From positions 124,001-188,000 of the forward strand of contig NIVC01002133.1 in the NCBI GenBank assembly GCA_002269645.1: 64,000 bases of DNA, read 5' to 3'. The position numbers and the translations under genes are program-made. This stretch comes from Macrostomum lignano. Lineage: Eukaryota. Below, in pieces: positions 1 to 12,395 of the stretch. The stretch's first letter is position 1. The number at the start of each line of letters is the position of its first letter. A model generated the notes under the pieces. It was given only the letters and a program-made list of their open reading frames with translations. It was not told the DNA's origin and did no database searches.

Positions 1-361
1 TGTTATTAATTCTAATTTTGCTTTTGGTTACTGGTAAGAATCAAATCAATATGTAATTAAATATTTTTTGTAATAAATAACTTTTATGTAAAAAAAAATA
101 ATTGATAAACTTCTTAGGTTTAGTTTGTTAGTTTTCGACTAACAGGGGGCTATGTGCATCTTGGTGCACTTCAAGTGACATTGTTATACAACTCGTAAGA
201 GGCATTATTGCCCATTCCAATAACTCCCCTAAGCAGACACAAGTGTACTACAATGCGATGTATGTACTACGAGTTATCTAAGTAGGACTTCATCATTAAT
301 ATTGATACACTGGGGTTCCCCCGCAGCTGCTCCACCCCAACGGGCGGCTGCCCCGCCCTGA

Positions 362-2912
362 ATGGCTGCCCGGGTGAGTCCAGCTGACGTCACTGTTGTC
401 GGCGTTAGCGGCAACTCCAGTGCCGCCGAGCCGTCGCCACCGCCGCCGCTGCCCCGCACCAGACGGGAGCTCCGATCCGGCCGCCTGCTCGCCCTCTGCC
501 ATTTGAAGCCGCCAGCGCCGGCTCCTGGCGCCTCAACGTCGGCCTCGCGCTCGTCCTCGTCCTGCACTCGCCGCGTCGCCTTTCTATTCCACGGCGTCGG
601 CGGCAGCGTCGACGTGTTCCGTCACCAGGTGCCGCTGCTGCTGCGCCTCGGCTTCGAGGTGGTCGCCCAGGACCTCCTCGGCCATGGGGCCAGCGGCACC
701 TCGTCGAACCCGGACGACTTCAGCTTCACCGCCCTGCGGCGGGACGCCGTCCGCCTGTTCGACGAGCTCGCTGCGCCCGACGGTGACAACATCCTGCTGG
801 GGCACTCCTATGGCACCTCCTTTGTGACCTACCTGTGCCACGAGCGGTCTCGCATGGTGCGCTGGGGAGAATTTTTACTGTGTGGAAAACTCTGTGGCTT
901 GAAATTACCCTAGTGGATTATCTGTGCCTTGAAATTCCCCTAGTGGATTATCTGTACCTTGAAATTCCCCACTGGATTATCTGTACCTTGAAATTCCCCA
1001 CTGGATTATCTGTACCTTAAATTCCCCACTGGATTATTTGTACCTTGAAATTCCCCACTGGATTATCTGTGCCTTGAAATTCCACTAGTGGATTATCTGT
1101 CCCTTGAACTTCCCCTAGTGGATTATCTTTATCTTGAAATCCCCACTGAATTATCTGTGTCTTGAAATTCCCCATTGGATTTGATTATATGTGTATTGAA
1201 ATTCCCCTAGTCGATTAACTGTGCCTTGAAATTCCCCACTGGATTATCTGTGTCTTAAAATCCCCACTGTAGATTGTATTTGTCTCGAACTCCCGTATTA
1301 AACTGTGTCTTGAAGTCACTTTGGATTATCAGTGTCTCAATGTAGTTATTGAGTCTGCGCCCCCAGCAACCGCAAACCCACCGCTTGCCCTGCCACCCCG
1401 CAGGTGACGCTGGCAATCCAGCTTGCCGGCGGCGGCCCCAACGCGCTTGGCAACGAACCGGGCAGCGTGTTCTCCTGCTGCACCTGCTTCTTCGTGTGCG
1501 CCGGGCCCGCCCTGCGCTGGCTGGTCCGCAGGCGGCTTTTCCGCCCCCACGGCCCGGCCAGCGGCTCCGACAGGCGGCTGGCGTTCGGCGTTGGCGCGCG
1601 CGAGTTCAAAATGACAATGAACGGGCAGTGCTGGGCTCTCGGGGACGAGATCTACCATGCCGAGGTTGGTCATTAACGATAATAACGATAATTCATACCC
1701 AGAGGGTGTACAGCAGCCCTGACTTTCTAATCGTCAGGCATGTACACTCTCTGCGCCTTGGGGGTCCCAAGAACCGCCCCAATCCGCTGTGAGAATCGCC
1801 ATAATTCCGCCCCAATCCGCCCGAGAACCGCCCCAATCCGCTCCGTGAACCGCCCCAATCCGCCCGTGAACCGCCCCAATCCGCCCGAGAACCGCCCCAA
1901 TCCGCCCGAGAACCGCCCCAATCCGCCCGAGAACCGCCCCAATCCGCGCCGAGAACCGCCCCAAGAACCGTCCTGAGAACTGCCCCAATCCGCTCCGAGA
2001 ACTGCCTCAATCCGCCCTGAGAACCGCCCCAATCCGCCCCGTGAACCGCCTCAATCCGCTCCGAGAACTGCCCCAATCCGCCCCGTGAACCGCCCCAATC
2101 CGCTCCGAGAACCGCCTTAATTCGCCCTGAGAACCGCCCCAATCCGCTGTGAGAACTGCCCCAATCCGCTGTGAGAACCGCCCCAATCCGCTGTGAGAAC
2201 CACCCCAATCCGCTTTGAGAACCGCCCCAATCCGCTGTGAGAACCGCCCCAATCCGCTGTGAGAACCGCCCCAATCCGCTGTGAGAACCACCCCAATCCG
2301 CTTTGAGAACCGCCCCAATCCGCTTTGAGAACCGCCCCAATCCGCTGTGAGAACCGCCCCAATCCGCTTTGAGAACCGCCCCAATCCGCTGTGAGAACCG
2401 CCCCAATCCGCTGTGAGAACCGCCCCAATCCGCTTTGAGAACCGCCCCAATCCGCTGTGAGAACCGCCCCAATCCGCTGTGAGAACCGCCCCAATCCGCT
2501 TTGAGAACTGCCCCAATCCGCCCACAGCCACTGTCGCCAACCCCCCGCTCCCCGCCAGCTGCGCACTCCAACTCTGCTTCTGCACGGCGAGTTCGACCGG
2601 TTGATCCCGCTGGAGGACCAGCAGTGGATGCAGCAGACCCTGGGCGGCCCCAGCCAGCTGGTCACGGTGCCCAACGCTGGTCACATGCTCATGCTTGAGC
2701 AGCCGGCCGCGGTGAACGCCCACATCGCCGAGTTCATCGCCTCGGTGGCTGGCGCCGGCTCCGCCACTGCTGCAGCCTCCGTCTCCGCTGCGGCCGATGC
2801 CACTGCTGAGTTGTCGCAGTCGCGACCTCCGCCGCCGCCTAAGTCGATGAAGAGTCGGCGAAACGGCTCGGTGAAGTCGCTGCCCTGCGGCTCCCAGCTG
2901 CTTCGGTACTGA
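362..2912 (+). CDS. ABHD8: ABHD8-like alpha/beta hydrolase, 3 exons: 362-856, 1404-1664, 2559-2912 (about 369 aa)
   Basis: FLFHGVGG oxyanion region, GHSYG nucleophile elbow, HGEFD acid and GHMLMLE His. MNGQCWALGDEIYHAE matches ABHD8 MSGQYWPEGDEVYHAE. Both introns are GT-AG and phase 0, joining the frames cleanly. Confidence 0.9.
885..1290. repeat. 29-bp minisatellite (GAAATTCCCCACTGGATTATCTGTACCTT) in ABHD8 intron 1
   Basis: Directly visible tandem units that degenerate toward the 3' end. Confidence 0.9.
1770..2520. repeat. 22-bp minisatellite (GAGAACCGCCCCAATCCGCTGT) in ABHD8 intron 2
   Basis: Directly visible tandem units. Source of the spurious ORFs 1693-2571 and 2007-2723. Confidence 0.95.
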
Positions 2913-3429
2913 CTTTCTCCATCTGATTTGAGCAAGTTGTGCTCACTTGAGTGCTTGCGAACTGTCTCTCTCCGGACGTGTCACTATTTTATCAGTTTAT
3001 AATTTGTTTTAAAGATACTCGCGTTTCTTTCTATTTTTGAAATAGAGAATTTCTATCCTCTTTATATCCCACTTGAATGCCAGTTTGTTTGATCAACGAA
3101 TAATAATAATAACTGAAATTTTCTTAAATTTCTACTAGTCCATATGCATATTTATTTTCTATTCGTGCTCATTCGGCACTACTTTCCGGCTTATCAGTAG
3201 TATCACTAGACTAGATATCTATTTTACTCAAATTTCTTCTCTTGTGATAAATGAACTAAAGCGCATTTATAAGTTTGCTTGGTACATAACTTTATTAGAT
3301 GAAATGCATATTTACCTGTTAATTAATGTATGGAATCTTTGTATTCGGACTTTAACTGGAATTATTTGTAGCCAAAATTACCTTTGGAACACTTATATTT
3401 AATACTTTATTCTCTGCTCATTTCCTTCT

Positions 3430-3845
3430 CCGTCACCCACCTGATAACCCCTCCGTCACCCACCTGACAACCCCTCCGTCCCCACCCGACAACCCCTCCG
3501 TCACCCACCCGACAACCCCTCCGTCACCAACCTGACAACCCCTCAGTCACCCACCTGACAACCCCTCAGTCACCCACCCGACAACCCCTCCGTCACCAAC
3601 CTGACAACCCCTCAGTCACCCACCCGACAACCCCTCCGTCACCAACCTGACAACCCCTCAGTCACCCACCTGACAACCCCTCCGTCACCAACCTGACAGC
3701 CCATCAGTCACCCACCTGACAACCCCTCCGTCACCAACCTGACAACCCCTCAGTCACTCACTCGACAACCCCTCCGTCACCCACTCGACAACTCCTCCGT
3801 CACCAACCTGACAACCCCTCAGTAACCCACCTGACAACCCCTTAG
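3430..3845. repeat. 23-bp minisatellite (CCGTCACCCACCTGACAACCCCT)
   Basis: Directly visible tandem units. Confidence 0.95.
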
Positions 3846-4404
3846 TTCCCAGTCTAAGAGCCGAACTGTATCAAGCAACTCATTCCCTGTTAATTTCTCA
3901 GAACTCTCTCGAGCAGCCTTTGTGACTTGCGCCTTTCAAAAAGACTAGTTTCAAATATCACAGATTTATTTCAATTTTTTACATTGTTCTATAAATGTAC
4001 TTTACTTATTTCAAGCCAATGTGCGCTGTAACTCACTGTCAAAACCTGCTACTCTATACTGAATGGTATGCTAGTGTACCATTGGCATTGCTATGGCCCA
4101 CTCTGATGCTACTCTCCGTTTGACCAGCTTCATGCCAAGTTCATGCACTTTTTATTAAACACCGTTTGAGGCATAAATTGACTTGCAAACAGTCTGTTTG
4201 CGTCAGGGTTTAATACGACCTGTTTATTTACACAATCACCTATTTGAACAATCCTTGATTATCTGTGACTAACTCCATTGAACAGCGATTGCACATTTGG
4301 CCGCTTCAAGGCCTGAATTGTTTTAATTCTTACACTGGATTTTCATTTTAAACTCTTGTGTTTTTTTATTTAGCTTTGTCTCAGTTATTTACTTGAATGC
4401 GGGA

Positions 4405-5870
4405 TGTGTGCGCCACTCCCAGATCCTCAGGCTGTGTGCGGCACTCCCAGATCCTCAGGCTGTGTGCGGCACTCCCAGATCCTCAGGCTGTGTGCCGCAC
4501 TCCCAGATCCTCAGGCTGTGTGCGGCACTCCCAGATCCTCAGGCTGTGTGCCGCACTCCCAGATCCTCAGGCTGTGTGCGGCACTCGCAGATCTTCAGGC
4601 TGTGTGCCGCACTCCCAGATCCTCAGGCTGTGTGCGGCACTCCCAGATCCTCAGGCTGTGTGCGGCACTCCCAGATCCTCAGGCTGTGTGCCGCACTCCC
4701 AGATCCTCAGGCTGTGTGCGGCACTCCCAGATCCTCAGGCTGTGTGCCGCACTCCCAGATCCTCAGGCTGTGTGCCGCACTCCCAGATCCTCAGGCTGTG
4801 TGCGGCACTCCCAGATCCTCAGGCTGTGTGCGGCACTCGCAGATCCCCAGGCTGTGTGCGGCACTCCCAGATCCCCGAGGCTGTGTGCGGCACTCCCAGA
4901 TCCTCAGGCTGTGTGCGGCACTCCCAGATCCCCCGAGGCTGTGTGCGGCACTCCCAGATCCCCCGAGGCTGTGTGCGGCACTCCCAGATCCCCCGAGGCT
5001 GTGTGCGGCACTCCCAGATCCCCCGAGGCTGTGTGCGGCACTCCCAGATCCCCCGAGGCTGTGTGCGGCACTCCCAGATCCTCTGTTGCTGGGCCAGCCT
5101 CCCAGATCCTCATTCCTCTGTTGCTGGGCCAGCCTCCCAGATCCTCATTCCTCTGTTGCTGGGCCAGCCTCCCAGATCCTCATTCCTCTGTTGCTGGGCC
5201 AGCCTCCCAGATCCTCATTCCTCAGTTGCTGGGCAACCCTCCCAAATCTCCAGTTGCTGGGCCACCACCCTCCCAGATCCTCATTTGCTGGGCCGCCCTC
5301 CCAGATCCTCAGTTGCTAGGCCAGCCTCCCAGATCCTCATTTGTTAGGCACCACCCTCCCAGATCCTCAGTTGCTGGGCCAGCCTCCCAGATCCTCATTT
5401 GTTAGGCACCACCCTCCCAGATCCTCAGTTGCTGGGCCAGCCTCCCAGATCCTCAGTTGCTGGGCCACCCTCCCAAATCTCCAGTTGCTGGGCCACCACC
5501 CTCCCAGATCCTCAGTTACTGGGCCAGCCTCCCAGATCCTCAGTTGCTGGGCCAGCCTCCCAGATCCTCAGTTGCTGGGCCAGCCTCTCAGATCCTCAGT
5601 TGCTAGGCCAGCCTCCCAATCCTCAGTTGCTAGGCCAGCCTCCCAGATCCTCAGTTGCTGGGCCACCCTCCCAAATCTCCAGTTGCTGGGCCACCACCCT
5701 CCCAGATCCTCAGTTACTGGGCCAGCCTCCCAGATCCTCAGTTGCTGGGCCAGCCTCCCAGATCCTCAGTTGCTGGGCCAGCCTCCCAGATCCTCAGTTG
5801 CTGGGCCAGCCTCCCAGATCCTCAGTTGCTGGGCCAGCCTCCCAGATCCTCAGTTGCTGGGTCAGTCTCC
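4405..5870. repeat. Composite 28-bp minisatellite: GGCTGTGTGCGGCACTCCCAGATCCTCA array (4405-5080) switching to GTTGCTGGGCCAGCCTCCCAGATCCTCA array (5080-5870)
   Basis: Two unit types share the CCCAGATCCTCA half. ORFs in all three + frames are repeat artefacts. Confidence 0.95.
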
Positions 5871-6169
5871 CAGACGCTCAGGTTCAGATCCCCAGCTGTT
5901 GGACCGACACCAATCTTACGAACATAAATCTGACGGGCTGATAAATTTCATGCGGAAATCTTAAAAGATGCGCTTGCCATGAGCGACTGTCAGGTGTTTG
6001 GTATTTGTAGACTTTGGCACCGATGAATCAATAGTCTGTGGTCAGAACTCTGCAGCTCTATGCGCAAAGGCAGGCTGAAGTTACAATGCTCTTCTGGTTA
6101 ATACAATTCTACATCTAAAGCCCCAATCCGAATCGGTATTTGCAATCGGTTTGCCGAGCTCGCCAGGCC

Positions 6170-7437
6170 ATGACTGACAGCCAGTCCGAAGCCAGGACAA
6201 TCGTCGTTAGAATCGAATTCGGCTCCGCCTGCTGCAACCACGGCGTCCCGGAGTTCGGCAAGCTGGCGCGCATGCTGCTGAGCCTGTTCCCTGCCGGCCG
6301 CATCAGCATTGCCGCCTGCCAGCTGGTTGACTACTTCAATCATTTCCGTGTCTATGTCGGCCCGCATCTGGTGTTCGACTCTTACACCCGCTACCCGCCT
6401 GTGGTTGAGGTTGCCAAGGTAACAGGTTCATGGCTTTTGATAATAATGGCAGAGAATGATACCAGTGTCTTTAGAGTGAGATAAATGTCTCTAAAGTGAT
6501 GTCACTGTCTCGAGTGAAATCGGTGTCTCTAGAATGACTTCAGTGTCTCTAGAGTGATATCAGTGTCTTTGGAGTGACGTCGTCAGTGTCTTTAGAGTGA
6601 TATCAGTGTCTCTAATGTGAAATCAGAGTCTCTAGAGTGATGTCAGTATCTCTTTAGTGAAATCAGTGTCTCTAAAAGTGATATTAGTATTTCTATAGAG
6701 TGATACCAGTGTCTTTAGAGTGAGATGAATGTCTCTAAAGTGATTTCGCTGTCTCTAGAGTGACGTCAGTGTCTCTAGAGTGATATCAGTGCCTCTGGAG
6801 TGATACCAGTGCCTCTGGAGTGATACCAGTGCCTCTGGAGTGATACCAGTGTCTCTGGAGTGATACCAGTGTCTCTGGAGTGATACCAGTGTCCCTAGAA
6901 TGATGTCTGTGTCTCTAAAGTGATACCAGTGTCCCTAGAATGATGTCTGTGTCTCTAAAGTGATACCAGTGTGTCTCTAGAGTGATTTCAATGACTTCAG
7001 AGTGATACCAGTGTCTCTAGAGTGACGTCTGTGTCTCTAGAGTGACGTCTGTGTCTCTAGAATGATTGCATAAATCGTAGGGTTTCATGTTAGGGTTTGA
7101 GACGATGTCAGGTCTCAACACTGACCGGCCCCGCAACCCCGGCCGCCCCTCGCAGTGCATCGAGTCCGCCGAGCAGGACGCCGTGCCCGCGGAGATTCCG
7201 CACAGCCGCGGCATCCCCTTCTGCTACTGGCGCTGTCCGGAGCACGAGGGCAAGCTGGTGCCCCAGCAGGAGGGCGGCTGCGCTTTTAGGCGACGCTCCA
7301 CTCAACGCATGAGCGTGGCGAGCTCGTCACGGAACAGCCAGGTGAACAGTGAGACGTCCTTCAAATTGTCAATGGAGCAGCAGCAGGCTCAGCAGTTTGT
7401 TACTAAGAAGGCCTTCCGACGGATGGCGAAGCAGTGA
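6170..7437 (+). CDS. Putative Rdx/SelW-like thioredoxin-fold protein with a C-terminal extension; exons 6170-6418 and 7081-7437 (about 201 aa)
   Basis: MTDSQSEARTIVVRIEFGSACC...LLSLFP...HFRVYVGPHLVFDSYTRYPPVVEVAK follows the Rdx pattern (V.I.YCxxC/U ... FP ... FEV.V...L..S...P..EV). Donor AAG|GTAACA and acceptor CGTAG|GGT are both phase 0 and join to ORF 7087-7437. Confidence 0.6.
6440..7060. repeat. Degenerate ~20-bp minisatellite (GTCTCTAGAGTGATAYCAGT) filling the intron of the Rdx-like gene
   Basis: Directly visible; runs almost up to the acceptor at 7080. Confidence 0.9.
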
Positions 7438-7524
7438 ATTGCCGGCAGATTAATATTGAACTGAATCTCCCTAGCTATGGTTGACTTTATTGTTCTTACT
7501 CTTTGGTGTATTTTGGCTCTTTGG

Positions 7525-8153
7525 CACCAGGGGCTTGAGCACCAGGGGCTTGAGCACCAGGGGCTTGAGCACCAGGGGCTTGAGCACCAGGGGCTTGAGC
7601 ACCAGGGGCTTGAGCACCAGGGGCTTGAGCACCAGGGGCTTGAGCACCAGGGGCTTGAGCACCAGGGGCTTGAGCACCAGGGGCTTGAGCACCAGGGGCT
7701 TGAGCACCAGGGGCTTGAGCACCAGGGGCTTGAGCACCAGGGGCTTGAGCACCAGGGGCTTGAGCACCAGGGGCTTGAGCACCAGGGGCTTGAGCACCAG
7801 GGGCTTGAGCACCAGGGGCTTGAGCACCAGGGGCTTGAGCACCAGGGGCTTGAGCACCAGGGGCTTGAGCACCAGGGGCTTGAGCACCAGGGGCTTGAGC
7901 ACCAGGGGCTTGAGCACCAGGGGCTTGAGCACCAGGGGCTTGAGCACCAGGGGCTTGAGCACCAGGGGCTTGAGCACCAGGGGCTTGAGCACCAGGGGCT
8001 TGAGCACCAGGGGCTTGAGCACCAGGGGCTTGAGCACCAGGGGCTTGAGCACCAGGGGCTTGAGCACCAGGGGCTTGAGCACCAGGGGCTTGAGCACCAG
8101 GGGCTTGAGCACCAGGGGCTTGAGCACCAGGGGCTTGAGCACCAGGGGCTTGA
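7525..8153. repeat. Perfect 15-bp tandem repeat (CACCAGGGGCTTGAG) x ~42
   Basis: No variant unit seen; followed by one degenerate unit (AAACTAAGGGCTTAAG). Confidence 0.98.
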
Positions 8154-8778
8154 AAACTAAGGGCTTAAGATTATTCCATTTTCCATGCAATTACAGGTTT
8201 TTGCACGTGTTTTTCAGTCATTAATTCCAACCAGCTTATCGCTTAGTTATTTTCTGAGTTCTTACTGGAACCAAATTGACAAGCACTAATGACAGGTAAT
8301 AATAACTATAGCTAATTTTGCGCATAAAATTTGTTGATGCCGATGGTCCCAGAATCACTCGTACTCTGAACCCCATTGTCGCGCCATAATCAAACGGGGC
8401 CGAAAGTTTTCCCTTTGCAGTTAATCAAACGCTTAAAAGTACAAAATTGCTTTGACAAATAAAAGACAATTCTAAATTATCGTTGACAAAAATCTGTTTT
8501 GAAAATAAAGATTTTTTTTACATTTTTCTTTGTAATTTATTTCTCTTGTTTAACATTTTCTTACTTGTAAAACTCAAGACATTAAATTTAAAAGCAATAA
8601 TCATTAATTTATTTGGAAATCATACAAGTAGATACAGCTTAGGGAAATATGAAATATCATCGAGCCATTCGCGGACGCGTGCCATGGCTACTACTGCTAC
8701 TGCTTAGGCTAACACAGTTTTGATTTTCACAGTAACATTAAGCCTTAAATGCGCCCGAATCGAAAGTCTGAGAAAATT

Positions 8779-9506
8779 TTACGCTTTCTTGTAGAATTTC
8801 TTCAGCTGCTCGTCGCTGAGACTCTCTGCGACTTCCTCGGCCTTGTCCACGATGTACTGTACAGGATCGAACGGCCGCTCGAACACAATGGCCGTCGTCA
8901 GTTTCTGTCCAGTTGAGTAAAACAAATTGTATTATTTTAGGTCACAAACAAATTTCATGATAAAATAAAATGAATACAATTTATTTATACTTAGTGTAGA
9001 AACAGAAGAACAATAAAAATAGTATTGAATATTGAATTTCTCATTCATGAAATTCTGAAATCACAGATTATTTGAAAAAAAATTTTCTACACATAAATTA
9101 AATATAACAAAAAAATTGATTTAATTTAGATGATTTAACAATAAAATGCATATCATTTTAATAAAATATAAATAAAAAATGTATCTTTGCATTTTTGTAT
9201 TGTATCAGCTAGTAACTGTCCATAAGTAATTATTTGAAAATAGAATGTGTCTGTAAAATAGAATACCTGAAAGAACTGAATGATATTGTGCTCTTCCAAA
9301 TAATCCATTGCTTTGAAGTAAGGATCTTCTACAACTTCAGACTTCTTCTTCCCTTTTTCTTGATCTGAAGCAGGCACCATTGATTCAGTCTCTGCTTTTG
9401 TTGTTGTTGAGGCTTCTGGTTTAGCTGCTGTCGATGGTCTCGAGTTTGAAACACTAACAGATACTTCTGACAAATTGTCTGGCGTTTCAATGGTCTCTTC
9501 TGCCAT
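8779..9506 (-). CDS. TEX55-like protein with an RIIa-type dimerization/docking domain; exons 9267-9506 and 8779-8904 (about 121 aa)
   Basis: EDPYFKAMDYLEEHNIIQFFQ|KLTTAIVFERPFDPVQYIVDK resembles the TEX55/DD motif (DPF..ALKYLEKHNILQIFQ..T..LVYEKPEDPL.FM). Phase-0 GT-AG intron 8905-9266; TAA stop at 8779-8781. Confidence 0.8.
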
Positions 9507-11159
9507 CGTCTGGCTTCTATTTTGTTTTAAAATGGCTAACTTGGTTAAAAAACTACCGGTGAAGAGCGCAATATAGCATTGAATTATTCTGTTAAAATCT
9601 TCTGGGGATATTGGTAACGGTAATTTTATGATGCTTTAGCGCCTAGATATACTGAGAAATCTGAACGAATTTAAGTATTTCTATTAGTAAACATAGTAAA
9701 TGTGCATATCAGAATTCTTTCTAGCTGTTTTTGTTATTTTAAACATTTAGTTTCAAACCGTAATTTCTTTGATCGTGTCAACGGAAATCGGAAATATTTT
9801 CGTTTAATTGCAATGAAGCTTCAAGAAGTTTATTTACACTTACACTATTAAAGGATTTAATGTTATAATCATTAAATGTCTAAAATTCTTCCAGAACTCC
9901 TGTTTATTTGTTTTGATCAGAAGTGTTTATGATGAAACCGTGCTATTCTAAACGTGTGCAATTAATTCCATACATTGTGCACTCGTATACACTTTATATA
10001 TACACCGTTCATTTTACGGTCAAAACATGATAAATAACACTCGTACCTGCATTTAAATGACCAAGCAACATTACAAACGTAGGAATCCAGATAAATTGAT
10101 TTCAGTGAAGTCTTCTTTGCGTTTTTTACAATGCATGTCGATCCACTTTTCATGTACATTTACAATTTTCCTTAATTCTCTTCAATAAATATCTGTAAAA
10201 AGGGTAAATACAGTTCATGCCCTTTTACCATTGAGGACAACAAAAACTGAGTATGTCTGAAAAATGACAAGAGCCGTACAGATCTATGTTATTTTACAAA
10301 ATATGAAGTATAGCGATCCACGTTGTCTGCATTAGTAACAGAGAGGCACTCTCCCTTTAGCTTAACAATTCACATTGCGATGCTCGAAAAATCCGTCACA
10401 TACTCCATGCATAGGCTTCACATGGCTAATTAATTACCATAGGATTTTTCTCCAGCGAAAGGATTGGGAATTAAATACAGCGGATTGGCATTGGGGCTCG
10501 AGGGGGCGGTGCTCAAAAGAAAGAAAAATACAAAATGCGCAGAATTTTGTCCACACCGTGGGCGCCGCTCGGAAATCGATCCCATATTTAACGTTGCGAG
10601 TACTTTGCTCGCAACATTTGTACTTTTAGGCTGGTTATTGCAAATTCCGCGAGCCCTTGTTGCCCAAATACTGCGGGCATGCTATTTCAGCTGCGCATTT
10701 TCTTCTCCGGGCCTGTTTTTGCCGGGCAGCCTCTCCACATCCCTGCTGCCGAGTGAGCTCAGGCTGCATCAAATATTAATTTTCTGCTGAGACCCCTCTC
10801 TTCTCTTCTTCTGGCACCCTTGCACACACTCTGTAGTTCGATTTAGCCCAACTTCCAAGCCGTTCCTCCCCTTCTTCCCTTTTCCGCGCAAACTTTCTCC
10901 TCAATTGGTTTTGCCTCAGCTGCAGTTTATGCACAGTGTATGCGTGAAGTATGACTGACTACCTTTAGTTTGTCCTGCATTAACAGAAGCTAGAGGCTCG
11001 TATAAACATAAAATTCATGCATAAATTTAGTGCGAGAACGAGTTCAAATAAACCTGGGTGACCTTGGACTAAGGAAAAAAGATACTTGACGAAATTGGGA
11101 TGTGGAAATGAAGGAGACGGAGGGATAAAGGTGATGTTTGAAAGAGGGGCACAGTGAGA

Positions 11160-11735
11160 AAAGGTGAGAGGGAGAGAGGAACAGAATGAGAGGGAGAGAG
11201 GAACAGGATGAGAGGGAGAGAGGAACAGGATGACAGGGAGAGAGGAACAGGATAAGAGGGAGAGAGGAACAGGATAAGAGGGAGAGAGGAACAGGATGAG
11301 AGGGAGAGAAGGACAGGATGAGAGGGAGAGGGAGAGAGGAACAGGATAAGAGGGAGAGAGGAACAGGATGAGAGGGAGAGAAGGACAGGATGAGAGGGAG
11401 AGGGAGAGAGGAACAGGATAAGAGGGAGAGAGGAACAGGATGAGAGGGAGAGAGGAACAGGATGAGAGGGAGAGAAGGACAGGATGAGAGGGAGAGGGAG
11501 AGAGGAACAGGATGAGAGGGAGAGAGGAACAGGATGAGAGGGAGAGAGGAACAGGATGAGAGGGAGAGAAGGACAGGATGAGAGGGAGAGGGAGAGAGGA
11601 ACAGGATGAGAGGGAGAGAGGAACAGGATGAGAGGGAGAGAGGAACAGGATGAGAGGGAGAGAGGAACAGGATGAGAGGGAGAGAGGAACAGGATGAGAG
11701 GGAGAGAGGAACAGGATGAGAGGGAGAGGGAGAGT
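11160..11735. repeat. 22-bp purine-rich minisatellite (GAGAGGAACAGGATGAGAGGGA)
   Basis: Directly visible. Confidence 0.95.
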
Positions 11736-12189
11736 GTTGGTGGGCTGTTTTCAAAAATGTTATTTATTTAAAAAGTTTGCCAAATAAGAAGACCCACCCT
11801 GGAATTGGAGTCGGGTTGCTCTCATGAGCGCGCCACATTGTGAAGCGGGGTCACGCAGTGCTTCCTCTGCTTTTGCGGGCCTTCGGGCCAGGCTGAGTTG
11901 AATTTCCAGAGCAGCACAGGAAATGAAAGCTGACACATCGGCTGGAGCGCCGCAGCCGTTCATTGCCAACCCCCTTCAGTCGGCTTCCCGTGTAGCATTG
12001 GAGCAAGCAAGCAATAGGAAAGGAGGCGAAGGAACTGTCTTGACAGATTAAGAATAGAGGGGTGGGGGATAATTTACGACTGGGGAATAAGGATTAGAAT
12101 GTTATAGAGTTAGCCGCCCAAATTGAGCAGGTGAGAACACAGCCTTTCTTTAGAGACATTCTATTGCTCCATTGAAGCCAGGATTTTTG

Positions 12190-12395
12190 GGGTCAATTGA
12201 CCCCCTTGACCCCCTTGACCTCCTTGGTACCCTTGAATCCCTGGACCCCCTTGACCCCTTGACCCCCTTGACCTTGACCCTCTTGAACTCCCTGGCCCCA
12301 TTGACCCTCTTAACCCCCTTGACCTACTTGACCCCCTTGATCAACTTGACCCCCTTGACCTACTTGACCCCTTTGACCCGCTTGACCCCCTTGAT
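12190..12395. repeat. Degenerate (TTGACCCC)n-like repeat
   Basis: Directly visible. The motif GACCCCCTTGACCTCCT recurs at 12208, 12494 and about 21306. Confidence 0.8.

Noticed and set aside
5951-5977. RFX X-box-like CTTGCCATGAGCGAC upstream of the Rdx-like gene
   Set aside because: Two mismatches to the consensus and no supporting evidence.
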